Assembly (NCBI GenBank): GCA_047285305.1
Contig: JBJBDL010000003.1
Span: 896,001-960,000, forward strand
Reading direction: 5' to 3'
Source: Synechococcus sp.
GTDB taxonomy: Bacteria; Cyanobacteriota; Cyanobacteriia; PCC-6307; Cyanobiaceae
Length of the DNA: 64,000 nt
A program made the position numbers and the translations under genes. Positions 49,535-59,201 of this stretch are shown here, piece by piece; positions within the stretch are counted from its first letter, which is position 1, and each line of letters opens with the position of its first letter. The notes below the pieces were generated by a model. It did no database searches, was not told the origin of the DNA, and saw only the letters and a list, made by a program, of their open reading frames with translations.

Positions 49535-49885
49535 CTGGCTGATCCTTCGTCTCACGCCTTTTCCGCCCCCGCTCGGCCGCAGGAGCAGGCCACCGGGAGG
49601 GAACCCTTGCTCGGGGGCGACATGCGCGACCAGGCCGTCTGGGTGGATGAAGCTGTGTGCATCGGCTGTCGTTACTGCGCCCACGTGGCTGCGAACACCT
49701 TTGTTGTTGAGCCGCATCTGGGACGCTCAAGGGCTATCCGACAGGACGGTGACTCAACCGAATGCATTCAGGAGGCCATCGACACCTGCCCTGTGGATTG
49801 CATTCACTGGGTTCCCTTTGAATCGTTGGAAACGCTGCGGCAAAACCTGATTCGCCAGAATCTTCAACCGCGTCCCCAGGGTTGA
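49535..49885 (+). CDS. Bacterial-type ferredoxin (DnaJ-Fer-like domain without J domain)
   Basis: VWVDE..CIGCRYCAHVA, QEAIDTCPVDCIHW; start uncertain (CTG 49535 vs TTG 49607 or ATG 49622). Confidence 0.85.
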   Translation: MADPSSHAFSAPARPQEQATGREPLLGGDMRDQAVWVDEAVCIGCRYCAHVAANTFVVEPHLGRSRAIRQDGDSTECIQEAIDTCPVDCIHWVPFESLETLRQNLIRQNLQPRPQG

Positions 49886-51084
49886 TGGCGCTTCCCACCC
49901 GCCGATTCGGCCGCACGGAGCTTGAAATCCCCCTGTTGTCTCTTGGGGGAATGCGCTTTCAGCAGAGCTGGACCGACCTTCCTGCTGATCAGATCACGTC
50001 TGCGTCGCAGACCCAGCTCGAGGCGACCCTGAAGCGCGCGGTGGATCTGGGCTTTCATCACGTGGAAACGGCGCGGCACTACGGCAGCTCCGAGCGTCAG
50101 CTGGGTCGGGCCCTGCCGCGCACACCCGACCCCTCCCGTCTGCTGCAGAGCAAGGTGCCTCCCCGGCCCGATCCCGACGCCTTCGAGGCGGAACTGGAGC
50201 TCAGTTTTGAGCGGTTGGGCTGTGATCGCCTGGATTTACTGGCCATCCATGGCATCAACCTGCCTGAGCATCTCGAGCAGACCCTTCAGCCCGGGGGCTG
50301 CATAGAGGTGGTGCGCCGCTGGCAGGCAGAGGGTCGCATTGGTCACGTGGGTTTCTCCACCCATGGCCCCACCGCATTGATCGCAGAGGCCTGCGATTCC
50401 GGTGCCTTTGATTACGTGAATCTGCACTGGTATTACATCCGCCAGGACAACAGCCCCGCATTGGATGCGGCCCGCCGTCAGGACATGGGGGTATTCATCA
50501 TCAGTCCCACTGACAAGGGCGGCCATCTGCACACGCCATCCCAACGGCTGTTGGAGCTGTGTGCACCGCTGCATCCCATCGTCTTCAACGATCTGTTCTG
50601 TCTCCAGGATCCCCGGGTTCACACCATCAGTGTGGGAGCGGCCCGGCCGGAGGATCTCGAGCTTCACCTGGAGGCGTTGCACCTGCTGCCGGATGCAGCG
50701 TCCTTGATTGCTCCAGTGGATCAGCGGCTTCGGCAAGCGGCCGATGAAGCATTGGGTCGTGACTGGATGGCCACATGGTCCGTCGGGCTGCCGCCGTGGC
50801 ATGCGACGCCCGGGGAGATCAACCTGCCTGTGTTGCTTTGGTTGTACAACTTGCTGAAGGCATGGGATCTCGAGAGTTATGCCAAGGCCCGCTATGGGTT
50901 GTTGGGCTCCGGCGGCCACTGGTTTGCCGGGGCCAATGCCGATGGCTTTGAGGATGAGGTCAGCGTCGAGGAGCTGCAGAGCGTGCTGCAGGAGAGTCCA
51001 TGGCGTGAGCGCATCCCGGAGATTCTGCGCAGCCTCAAGCAGCGGCTCAAGGGCGAATCCCAGATGCGCTTGTCGAGCGTCTGA
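49885..51084 (+). CDS. Aldo/keto reductase
   Basis: RRFGRT, SLGGMRF, ETARHYG.SE, DLLAIHG, GFSTH. Confidence 0.9.
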   Translation: MALPTRRFGRTELEIPLLSLGGMRFQQSWTDLPADQITSASQTQLEATLKRAVDLGFHHVETARHYGSSERQLGRALPRTPDPSRLLQSKVPPRPDPDAFEAELELSFERLGCDRLDLLAIHGINLPEHLEQTLQPGGCIEVVRRWQAEGRIGHVGFSTHGPTALIAEACDSGAFDYVNLHWYYIRQDNSPALDAARRQDMGVFIISPTDKGGHLHTPSQRLLELCAPLHPIVFNDLFCLQDPRVHTISVGAARPEDLELHLEALHLLPDAASLIAPVDQRLRQAADEALGRDWMATWSVGLPPWHATPGEINLPVLLWLYNLLKAWDLESYAKARYGLLGSGGHWFAGANADGFEDEVSVEELQSVLQESPWRERIPEILRSLKQRLKGESQMRLSSV

Positions 51085-51093
51085 GCGTTCCTC

Positions 51094-51825
51094 TTAGCTC
51101 CCAAGAGGATCCCGGCTGGGTGTCCCCACGGCCCTTGGGTAGCTGCGGGGGCAGGGGCCGTTCGGTTGCACCCGCAGCAGGTGACGCGTGCCGCGATCAC
51201 CGGGCAGTTGCCGGTGCTGCACCTCGATCAGACGGGCCTTCAGCAGGCGCAGGGCCCTGTTCAACGGCACAGCATCGTTGTCAGTCCATTGGCCCCGATA
51301 CAGCAGGGCCTGGCCGTTGGTTTTCAGCAAGGGCACCAGGTATTCGGTCACCACAGGAGCGGCCGCCACAGCCCGGGCCACGGCGCGATCGAAGCCGCCG
51401 CGGAAGTGGCGATCGCGCCCGGTGGTTTCGATCCGCTCGGTGCGGACCCGCACCCGATCGGCAAGGCCCAGGCTAATGGCCATGGCCTCCACGGCAGCGG
51501 TCTTGCGCCCGACGGAATCCAGCAGGGTCACCTGTGCCTGGGGAAGGGCAATGGCGATGGCGAGGCCGGGGAAGCCTCCCCCGGTTCCTACATCAATCCA
51601 GTGCTGCGGCTCCGCCGCTGACTGGAGTTCCCCCGCCAGCGGCCAGAGGCTGTCGAAGACCTGACCAATCCAGAAATCGTCGCCGTTCACCAGGCGCGTC
51701 AGGTTGACCCGTTCATTCCAGCTCTGCAGCAGGCCCTGAAGCTCCACCAGCTGGTCGCGCTGCGCGTGCGATGGCTGCCATCCCAGGGCGTCCCAGAACG
51801 CCGGTTCAGGCGCGGTGGCGGCCAT
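51094..51825 (-). CDS. rsmG: 16S rRNA m7G527 methyltransferase
   Basis: [27 protein letters not shown]. Confidence 0.95.
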   Translation of the reverse strand: MAATAPEPAFWDALGWQPSHAQRDQLVELQGLLQSWNERVNLTRLVNGDDFWIGQVFDSLWPLAGELQSAAEPQHWIDVGTGGGFPGLAIAIALPQAQVTLLDSVGRKTAAVEAMAISLGLADRVRVRTERIETTGRDRHFRGGFDRAVARAVAAAPVVTEYLVPLLKTNGQALLYRGQWTDNDAVPLNRALRLLKARLIEVQHRQLPGDRGTRHLLRVQPNGPCPRSYPRAVGTPSRDPLGS

Positions 51826-51850
51826 GGCTGCAGCAATAACTCTCCTTAGG

Positions 51851-52393
51851 ATGAAGGACCGGCCGTCCCCTGTGTCCGAAGTCTGCCCCAGCCATTACGA
51901 ACGGCTTGGAGTGCGTCCCGGGGTTGACGCTGAAACTTTGCGCCAGGCCTTTCGACGCCAGTCCAAGGCCCTGCATCCCGACACCACGCAACTGCCGCCC
52001 GAGCAGGCCAGCATTGCTTTTCAGGAGCTCAAGGAGTCTTACGACGTTCTGCTGAGCCAGAGCCAAGCAACCCTCAGTCTTGGTGGCGCCCAGTCGTCGT
52101 CATCGCCCCCGCCCCTGCAGCGTGAGTCCCGCCCGGATGCCTGGCAGGGCATTGGTCAACGGAGGCCCCTCTCCGGTGGGGAATGGTTCTCGCTGGTGCT
52201 GTTGAGCATCGCGCTGTTGCTCAGCCTGGTGCTGGGGTTGGGGGTGGCTCTCGCCCAGGGCCGCGACTGGCAGGTGTCGCCGAGTTGGCTGGCGGATGAG
52301 CAGACTCGGAACACATCCGTGCGTTCGCAACCTGATGGCCACCCTGCCCCCGGAGAGCACCCCGCTGAATCAGCACTCTCTCCCGGCGCTTGA
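51851..52393 (+). CDS. J-domain membrane protein
   Basis: HYERLG, AFR..SK.LHPD, F.EL.E.Y..L; C-terminal TM. Confidence 0.85.
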   Translation: MKDRPSPVSEVCPSHYERLGVRPGVDAETLRQAFRRQSKALHPDTTQLPPEQASIAFQELKESYDVLLSQSQATLSLGGAQSSSSPPPLQRESRPDAWQGIGQRRPLSGGEWFSLVLLSIALLLSLVLGLGVALAQGRDWQVSPSWLADEQTRNTSVRSQPDGHPAPGEHPAESALSPGA

Positions 52394-52607
52394 GGACTGG
52401 CTCCAGCAGCTGGGTGCCGTCCGCATGGACGACAACCCCTGCCAGTGGATGCTCGAGCGTTCTGTGTGGAGAGCGCTGTTGCTGCTGGAACGGGAGGACC
52501 TCAAAGTGATCTGGCACCCGGGTTCCCCGGAGGAGATGGTGCAGTGTTCGCTGCCCTATGGCCTCTCCAGGGCCGATGTCGAGGCGGCGATTCAGGCGGG
52601 GCCCTGA
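52335..52607 (+). CDS. DUF3143 family protein
   Basis: TPL.QH.LP.LE.WL..LG, PYGLSR.DVEAAI.AGP. Confidence 0.8.
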   Translation: MATLPPESTPLNQHSLPALEDWLQQLGAVRMDDNPCQWMLERSVWRALLLLEREDLKVIWHPGSPEEMVQCSLPYGLSRADVEAAIQAGP

Positions 52608-52618
52608 GGCCACAAGGT

Positions 52619-53893
52619 TCAGAGCTGATCGAGGGCCCTTTCCAGCGCCGAATAGCAGCGTTCCAGCTGGGTATCGCTGATGCAGAGCGGTGGCAGCAGA
52701 TAGACCACCTGGCCCAGGGGGCGGAGGAAGACGCCGTTCTCCATCGCCAGCCGTTTCAGCTTCGGCCCCGCCGGGTTGAGATAGCCGGAGGTTCCCTCCA
52801 CAACGAGGTCACAGGCGGCCACCGTCCCCGTCAGCCGGGGATGGTGCACCTTCCGATGGCGCGCCAACCGTTCCAGGTGCGGACGATGCCGTTGTTCGAA
52901 CTGTTGAAAGGCAGCGGGGTTGCGCTCCAGCAGGTCGAGACTGGCGTTGGCCGCGGCGCAGCCCAGCGGATTGGCCGTGAAGCTGTGGCCGTGCCAGAGG
53001 GTCAGGCAGGGGTCGTCACCGACGAAGGCTTCGAACACCGCTTCGCTGGCCATGGTCACGCCCATCGGCAGACATCCACCCGTTAAGCCTTTTGACAGCG
53101 CCATGAGATCCGGCCGGATGCCCGCTCGCCGGCTTGCGAACCAGTCGCCGCAGCGTCCGAAGCCGGTGAGAACTTCATCGGCGATCAGGAGTGCTCCCGC
53201 TTGACGGGTGCGTGCCTCCACCTGTCGCAGAAACTCGGGCCGCACCATTGCCATGCCGCCAGCCCCCTGCAGCAGCGGCTCGAGGATCACCGCCGCTGTT
53301 GGTGTCTCCAGCACACGCTCGAGCACCTCCAGTGCCGCCGATTCCTTGGCCTCCACGGCATCGTCATCCCACCAGGTAGCCGGCCAGGGAACCCGGGCGA
53401 CGGGAAAGAGCTTGTCTTCGAAGGGGGCGCTGAACAGGTTGCGTTCGCCAACGGCCATCGCTCCGAAGGTGTCGCCGTGGTAAGCCCCGTCGAAGGCGAC
53501 GATCTGATAGCGCGGTTGCCCCCGGTTGGCCCACCACTGGCAGGCGATCTTGAGCGCCACTTCCACCGCAGTGGAGCCGTTGTCGGAGAAGAACAGCCGT
53601 TGCAAGCCGCAGAGGCCGCTCAGGCGTACGGCCAGCTGTTCCGCAGGCTCATGGGTGAAGTCGGCAAAAATCACCTGCTCGAGGCGGGCGGCCTGATCGG
53701 CGATGGCCTTGGCTAACACCGGATGGGCATGACCGTGCAGGGTGACCCACCAGCTGCTGATGGCATCGATCAGCGGCTCGCCCTGTTCACGGATCAGCAG
53801 GGCACCGTCTCCGGACACCACCCTTTGGGAGTTGGCTGCGCTGGCCATCTGGGTAAAAGGGGGCCACAGATTCGGATGGCGGATTGACCCCAT
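52619..53893 (-). CDS. bioA: Adenosylmethionine--8-amino-7-oxononanoate transaminase
   Basis: W.PFTQM, DAISSWWV.LHG, SDNGSTAVEVA, YHGDT, DEV.TGFGR, SKGLTGG. Confidence 0.96.
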   Translation of the reverse strand: MGSIRHPNLWPPFTQMASAANSQRVVSGDGALLIREQGEPLIDAISSWWVTLHGHAHPVLAKAIADQAARLEQVIFADFTHEPAEQLAVRLSGLCGLQRLFFSDNGSTAVEVALKIACQWWANRGQPRYQIVAFDGAYHGDTFGAMAVGERNLFSAPFEDKLFPVARVPWPATWWDDDAVEAKESAALEVLERVLETPTAAVILEPLLQGAGGMAMVRPEFLRQVEARTRQAGALLIADEVLTGFGRCGDWFASRRAGIRPDLMALSKGLTGGCLPMGVTMASEAVFEAFVGDDPCLTLWHGHSFTANPLGCAAANASLDLLERNPAAFQQFEQRHRPHLERLARHRKVHHPRLTGTVAACDLVVEGTSGYLNPAGPKLKRLAMENGVFLRPLGQVVYLLPPLCISDTQLERCYSALERALDQL

Positions 53894-53948
53894 GGCAGCA
53901 GCGGCAGCTTTTGCCATATTGAATCTGGAGCTGTTGAAGATGCCCCGG

Positions 53949-54209
53949 ATGGCTGCCCCACGCACCCGTCGTCAAACCAAGCGTTTTGTTCCCACCACGC
54001 GACCTGAGCCGTCGGCCAAGCGACGTCTCGTTGTCCCGGAGGGCGACTGGCAAGCGATTCGCAGTGATCTCGAGCTGAGGAGTTGGTCGTTGTCCCAGCT
54101 GGAAGTGATCCAGGCTGAACTCAGTCACGGATGGCCGCTACGGGTCGCCGTGCGCCATGCCGCGATGCGTCTGGGCACCTGCCCCACCGGTTCAAAGGCC
54201 CTGGGCTGA
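53949..54209 (+). CDS. Hypothetical basic protein
   Basis: 87-codon ORF filling the gap between bioA and the next gene, opposite to the bio genes. Confidence 0.55.
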   Translation: MAAPRTRRQTKRFVPTTRPEPSAKRRLVVPEGDWQAIRSDLELRSWSLSQLEVIQAELSHGWPLRVAVRHAAMRLGTCPTGSKALG

Positions 54210-54213
54210 GTGG

Positions 54214-54372
54214 TCAGCGGCAGACGTCACTGTTCTTTTCCGTCTCTGTGGCAGCTGGTGCGCTGCAGTTCACCCAGCGCACCAGCTGCTCCTCGATGTC
54301 GGTGAACAGCACCAGAATCCCAACGCAGAGTGCTGAAACAGCAAGGGTCGCCAGGGTTTGACGTGAAGTCAC
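54214..54372 (-). CDS. Small single-TM protein (52 aa)
   Basis: GTGA overlap with the bioD stop; TM followed by FTDIE.QLVRWVNC. Confidence 0.6.
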   Translation of the reverse strand: MTSRQTLATLAVSALCVGILVLFTDIEEQLVRWVNCSAPAATETEKNSDVCR

Positions 54373-55028
54373 GGGGACAAGCGCTTCAACACTTCTCGGA
54401 ATGTAGTGGTGAGATTCTGCTCGTGCCAAAGCCGCTCCAGCACCGTTGCTGAGAGCGAGGCCTGGGGGGAGAGCTGTGCCAGAACGGGGACGTCACCGAA
54501 CTGTTTGAGGGTCCCCGGGTTGTCGGCATGGAGGGGGCCGTTGAGGATCAGTCCCAAGACTGTGAGATTCCGCCGTCTCAACGCTTCCAGGCTGAGAAGG
54601 GTGTGGTTAAGGGTGCCCAGTCCACTGCGGGCCACCAGAACGATGGGCAACTGCCACTCCACCAGTTGATCGATCTGGAGCCAGTTGCGGGTGAGGGGCA
54701 CCATCAACCCTCCAGCTGTCTCCACCACTAGGGACCCCTGATGCTGGGGAATGGCGAGTTGGGCTGGGTCGAGTGGCGTGTCGTCTAGTTCGGCGGCCCA
54801 GTGGGGGGAGACCGGCTCTCGGAAGGCATAGGCCTCGGGCAGCATCCGTTCCGGCGTGAGGTTCAACAGCTGCCGCACCCGTTCGCGGTCACCGCCGCCC
54901 TCTAGTCCGCTTTGCACCGGTTTCCAGTAGCTGGCCTGAAGCCCCTGCACGAGCCACGCGCTCACCACGGTTTTGCCGACGTCCGTGTCGGTTCCGCACA
55001 CCACCAGGCGACTGAAGCTGCCGTTCAT
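54369..55028 (-). CDS. bioD: Dethiobiotin synthase
   Basis: GTDTDVGKTVVS, WKPVQSG, SPH, ETAGG, LGTLNHT. Confidence 0.96.
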   Translation of the reverse strand: MNGSFSRLVVCGTDTDVGKTVVSAWLVQGLQASYWKPVQSGLEGGGDRERVRQLLNLTPERMLPEAYAFREPVSPHWAAELDDTPLDPAQLAIPQHQGSLVVETAGGLMVPLTRNWLQIDQLVEWQLPIVLVARSGLGTLNHTLLSLEALRRRNLTVLGLILNGPLHADNPGTLKQFGDVPVLAQLSPQASLSATVLERLWHEQNLTTTFREVLKRLSP

Positions 55029-55774
55029 CGCTTCACCATCAGGACCCATATCCTCCAGGTCAGGGCGAACCCGGCTGATACATCGGCTTGGGGCCAAGCC
55101 CGGAAGACGGCCTTCCATTGGCCTGGGGAGAGCTGGCCCCCGTTGGTGACGGAGGCGCCGATGTTGCTAATCGGTCGCAGCAGCCGCAGTGGATTGTCGG
55201 CGCGTTGGGTGAAGCTCAGGCACTCGTCCCGTTGCACCACGCCATCCGGCAGGGCTGCCATCAGTTGCTCCCGCACCGGCATGGACAAGGCCGTGCAGGT
55301 TTGATTCGCTGCCCGGGCAGCGTGCTGCCATTGAGGAAAACTTCCAGCCACCGGCACCGCCAGGGCCAGCCAGCCCCCCTTTGGCAGTGCATCCACCCAA
55401 CGCCGAAGCTGCTGGGCTGGATCCGGCAACCAATGCAAAACAAAGCTGGAGGCCAGCAATTGCGGTGGCTCACTCCAGTCCGGTAACCCGCGGCTCAGGT
55501 CATGTCGCAGGGTGTGTGCTCCATGGGGGTGGCTTTTCAACATGGCGGTACTTCCGTCTAGGCGGATCACCTGCTGCCCCGGATGAGCGACTTCCAGGGC
55601 TGTGGCCAGATGACCGGTGCCGCTGCCTAGGTCAGCCCACAGGCCGCGCCGGATGGAGCAGCGACGGCTCAGCTGGGCCAGGCGCCATGCCACGGCCCGT
55701 TGCAGCAACGCTTCGCCTGCGTAGGTCGGTGCTGCGCGACTGAAGCGTTCCAGCACCTGGTCGGGGCGAATCAC
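55025..55774 (-). CDS. bioC: BioC-like SAM methyltransferase
   Basis: F.RAA.TY...A.LQ, DLGSGTG, SSFVLHW; located in the bio operon. Confidence 0.8.
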   Translation of the reverse strand: MIRPDQVLERFSRAAPTYAGEALLQRAVAWRLAQLSRRCSIRRGLWADLGSGTGHLATALEVAHPGQQVIRLDGSTAMLKSHPHGAHTLRHDLSRGLPDWSEPPQLLASSFVLHWLPDPAQQLRRWVDALPKGGWLALAVPVAGSFPQWQHAARAANQTCTALSMPVREQLMAALPDGVVQRDECLSFTQRADNPLRLLRPISNIGASVTNGGQLSPGQWKAVFRAWPQADVSAGFALTWRIWVLMVKR

Positions 55775-56460
55775 AGGGCCCCCAGCCATTGCTGCACCAC
55801 CGAGAGCACCGTTGGTGTGATCAGTGCGTGGCCCCAATTCGGATCCCGATGCAGGGTCAGCGGCTGCGCTCCGAGGTCATCGATCAGCTGCTCTGCCGAT
55901 GCGGCGTGCACCACAGCGTCCCGAACTCCCTGCACTACCAGCACCGGCACCGCTTCAGGCCAGCCCTTTGGCAGGCTCTGGCAGCGCGCCAGAAGCTCCA
56001 GATCCTGCTGCAGCCGCTGGCGCCCCAGGCTCGTCAAACCCTGCAGCAGGGGGGCTGGGGGCATGGCGCTGCGGGAATGGGGTGAAGCGGCTTTGTCGAG
56101 GAAGCGTTCCAGCATCGTCAGTTCCTGGTCGGTGCCCAGGGCCGCCTGCATCCCCTGCAGAGCCGCCGCCACCGCGCGCCCTACCCGCCCTTGGGGCACG
56201 AAAGCGCTGAAGCTGCCCAGCAGCACCACCGCATCGGCCTGCGCCAGAACAGCTGCCGGCAGCAGGTGCAGCCCCAGGGAGTGGGCGATCAACAGGTTGT
56301 GTCCTGGGACGGGGGGCCATGCCGGAGCAACGGCCTCACCGCCGTCGTAGCCCCGGTCCGCGCTGGACCATTTCGCTCCCCCGTCTTCAAATCGTTGACG
56401 CCAGGGGGACCAGGTGCTGGCCTGGCCAGCCCAACCATGCATCGCCAGGACCTGCATCAT
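55771..56460 (-). CDS. bioK: Alpha/beta hydrolase, probable pimeloyl-ACP methyl ester esterase (BioK type)
   Basis: MHGW, AHSLG nucleophile elbow, G.RDAVV, GHAL; coupled between bioF and bioC. Confidence 0.7.
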   Translation of the reverse strand: MMQVLAMHGWAGQASTWSPWRQRFEDGGAKWSSADRGYDGGEAVAPAWPPVPGHNLLIAHSLGLHLLPAAVLAQADAVVLLGSFSAFVPQGRVGRAVAAALQGMQAALGTDQELTMLERFLDKAASPHSRSAMPPAPLLQGLTSLGRQRLQQDLELLARCQSLPKGWPEAVPVLVVQGVRDAVVHAASAEQLIDDLGAQPLTLHRDPNWGHALITPTVLSVVQQWLGAL

Positions 56461-57596
56461 CGAGAGCCGAGGGCTGCGAGCAGTTGCTCCAATGTGCTCT
56501 CTGGCAGGTCCCGCCGCAGCACCAGGCGCAAACGGGAGGTCCCTTCCGGCACGGTGGGCGGTCGGATTGCCACCGACAGCAGCCCCGCTTGCTCCAGCTG
56601 TTGCTGGAGGTCGAGCGCGTCTTGGTCGTCCCCGACCAACAGGGGGAGCACGGGGCCGTTTCCTGCTGGTTTCGCCCAGCCCTGGTGCGCCAGGGCTGTC
56701 CTCCAGCGCTCTGAGCGCTGGCTCAGCTCGCTTCCCCAGTTGGGGTGGGATTGGATCAAGCGCAGGGCAGCCTGGGCTCCCGCTACCAGCGGTGGGGCCA
56801 GGGCCGTGGTGTAGCGGAAGGCCCCACTGGTTTGCAGCAGCAGCTCCATCAAGGTGTGGTCCCCAGCCAGAAACGCACCTCCGCTGCCGAAGGCCTTGCC
56901 GAAGGTGCCGCACACCAAGGCCACAGGCCGATGGAGTCCATGGCAAAGCCCACGGCCGCCGGGCCCCAGAACCCCCAGGCCATGGGCTTCGTCCACCAGC
57001 AGCTGTGCACCGTGGCGGGCACAAAGGTCGGCCATGCCCTGCAGATCAGGGCTGGTGCCTTCCATGCTGAACAGGCTTTCAGTCACCACCAGTGGCGGTC
57101 GTGTTGTCGGCTTGAGCCGCTGCAGCCGCTGGTCGAGATCTTCAAGATCGTTGTGGGCAAAGCGTTGCAGCCGCGCCCCACTGGTGCGGACGCCGGCCAG
57201 TAGCGAGTGGTGGATCAGCCGGTCCACCAACACCGTTGTGTGCCTGTCACTCAGTGCCGTTAAGGCGGCAATGTTGGCTTGGAATCCGCTGGGGAACAGC
57301 AGCACCCGGTCCCGGTTCAGCCAGGTGGCGAGAGCTGCTTCCAGCTCCAGATGGCTTGGTCGGGTTCCAGTGATCAGGCGAGATCCACCGGCACCGACAC
57401 CATCGGAGGCCATGGCCTGCGTTGCCGCTGCGAGCACATCGGGATGACGGCTGAGCCCGAGGTAGTCGTTGCTCGCAAGATCAACGAGCTGGCCGGCACC
57501 GGCGGGATCCTGCAACTGCCAGGGCTCCTGGCCGGAGTTCAAGCTCCGCAGGTGGCGGCGGCGGGCTGGAGGGATGGGAGAAGCGTGGTCCAGCAT
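56457..57596 (-). CDS. bioF: 8-amino-7-oxononanoate synthase
   Basis: ASNDYLGL, GGSRL, SGFQAN, ESLFSMEG, DEAH, TFGKAFG, IRPPTVP. Confidence 0.96.
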   Translation of the reverse strand: MLDHASPIPPARRRHLRSLNSGQEPWQLQDPAGAGQLVDLASNDYLGLSRHPDVLAAATQAMASDGVGAGGSRLITGTRPSHLELEAALATWLNRDRVLLFPSGFQANIAALTALSDRHTTVLVDRLIHHSLLAGVRTSGARLQRFAHNDLEDLDQRLQRLKPTTRPPLVVTESLFSMEGTSPDLQGMADLCARHGAQLLVDEAHGLGVLGPGGRGLCHGLHRPVALVCGTFGKAFGSGGAFLAGDHTLMELLLQTSGAFRYTTALAPPLVAGAQAALRLIQSHPNWGSELSQRSERWRTALAHQGWAKPAGNGPVLPLLVGDDQDALDLQQQLEQAGLLSVAIRPPTVPEGTSRLRLVLRRDLPESTLEQLLAALGSR

Positions 57597-57650
57597 TACG
57601 ACAGTCTGGGCTCCCCCCTGATCAAGGATGGCCGCAATCCTCTGATCGTC

Positions 57651-58583
57651 ATGACCTGGGAGCGTTTCACTCTGCTCTTTCCGCTTTGGACGTTGCTGGG
57701 AGCTTTGCTGGCCTTGCTGCATCCCCCGCTGTTCATCTGGTTCAAGGGGCCACTGATCGCCCTTGGCCTTGGCGTGATCATGCTCGGCATGGGCGTTGGG
57801 CTGACACCCGCTGATTTCGTGCGGGTGGGTCGACGCCCCCGCGCCATGCTGCTGGGGGTGCTGGCGCAGTTCCTGGTGATGCCGACACTTGCCGCTGGGA
57901 TCGCGGCGGCTTTGCATCTGTCTGCGCCGCTCGCGGTGGGCTTGATTCTGGTCGGCTGCTGCCCGGGCGGGACCGCCAGTAATGTGGTGGTTCTGATCGG
58001 CCGTGGCGATGTGGCGCTGTCGGTGGTCATGACCACGATCAGCACCCTTGCGGCAGTGGTGTTTACCCCGCGTCTCACACAGGTGTTGGCCAGTCAGTAC
58101 GTGCCGGTGGATGGTTGGGGCCTGTTCCTGGCTGTGTTGCAGGTGGTGTTGTTGCCGGTCACTGTTGGGGTTGTGCTCAAGCGTGGTCTGCCCTGTGTGG
58201 CCCAGCGGATTGAGCCTGTGATGCCTCCCCTGGCGGTGGTTGCCATCGTGATGATCGTCTCCAGCATCGTGGGCAGTCAGACGGCTGTGCTGCGTCAGGA
58301 GGGGCCCGTGCTGATCCTGGCTTGCTTGTTGCTGCATGGCGGCGGCTTTCTGCTCGGCTGGCTGATTCCCCGGCTGGCGGGGCAGAGCGTGCAGGCCCAG
58401 CGCACCATCAGCATCGAGGTAGGCATGCAGAACTCAGGACTGGCCGTGGTGCTCGCTCGCAGTGGTGGGTTCGCTAGTCCCCTCACGGCGTTGCCGGGTG
58501 CCATCTCTGCGGTGATTCACTGTCTGATCGGCAGCGCCCTTGCTGCCTTCTGGAGGCGCCAACCTCGCAGTAATCGCAGGTGA
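57651..58583 (+). CDS. Bile acid:sodium symporter (BASS) family transporter
   Basis: MLGMG, QF.VMP, CCPGGTASNV, IEVGMQNSGLA. Confidence 0.93.
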   Translation: MTWERFTLLFPLWTLLGALLALLHPPLFIWFKGPLIALGLGVIMLGMGVGLTPADFVRVGRRPRAMLLGVLAQFLVMPTLAAGIAAALHLSAPLAVGLILVGCCPGGTASNVVVLIGRGDVALSVVMTTISTLAAVVFTPRLTQVLASQYVPVDGWGLFLAVLQVVLLPVTVGVVLKRGLPCVAQRIEPVMPPLAVVAIVMIVSSIVGSQTAVLRQEGPVLILACLLLHGGGFLLGWLIPRLAGQSVQAQRTISIEVGMQNSGLAVVLARSGGFASPLTALPGAISAVIHCLIGSALAAFWRRQPRSNRR

Positions 58584-58832
58584 TCTGACAGGTAAGTGGT
58601 TTTTCGCTACTGGCGGTGATTGCAACCAGATTGCGACTGGGTGTCAGTTAACTGCCTGATACGCCCTCATGAAATCCCCGGAAGGACGGCGGCGATTCAT
58701 AAAAACCAGTTACTTCTAAAGACATGATCAACAGGTGATAGTCGCTGGCTCAACACGCTTCATCTGCCAACTTCGCCTCCTTCTTCCATTTAGGTCCCCA
58801 AGGCTTAAAGCTCCAGAGGATTTGGCAAATGA

Positions 58833-59021
58833 TCAGGCAGGTTCGTCATGGAAGGTGTGCTCAACCAAGGCCCGAAAAAGCTCTTGTTTTTTGTATTCGA
58901 GAAATTCTTGCTCCTCTGCAGGTCCGCCAGGCCAATTTCTCAACGCATCGCAAGTCGTCTTGTACTCAAGCTTGAGAGACCGCAAATCAAGGTGAAGGCT
59001 TGCAACTATTTCCTCGTGCAC
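58833..59021 (-). CDS. Small protein with WPGG motif (62 aa)
   Basis: L..WPGG...EQ.FL pattern in a helical protein; GTG start. Confidence 0.65.
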   Translation of the reverse strand: MHEEIVASLHLDLRSLKLEYKTTCDALRNWPGGPAEEQEFLEYKKQELFRALVEHTFHDEPA

Positions 59022-59071
59022 AGAGGAGAGGCGGGTTCATGAATTATTACAGATGCTCAAAATCGCTTGAC

Positions 59072-59085
59072 GTAGGGCCCGATAC
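59072..59085. promoter_or_regulatory. NtcA-type site
   Basis: Minus strand tGTAtcgggcccTAC, 22-23 nt before TAATAAT (59049-59043), upstream of 58833..59021. Confidence 0.5.
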
Positions 59086-59201
59086 AGATTCCGCGTAGTC
59101 GGCTCGTTCTCTTTCTGCGAGCATTCTGCTGTACGGATACCTCCGTCACGGCACAAGCAACAATTTCGCGATGGTTTCTGTGTTGAAATTTTCTGAAGTC
59201 A

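Noticed and set aside
57597..58337. N-terminal extension of bioF (626-aa ORF) and the reciprocal extension of BASS
   Set aside because: Each is antisense read-through of the other gene; family motifs begin at 57596 and 57651.
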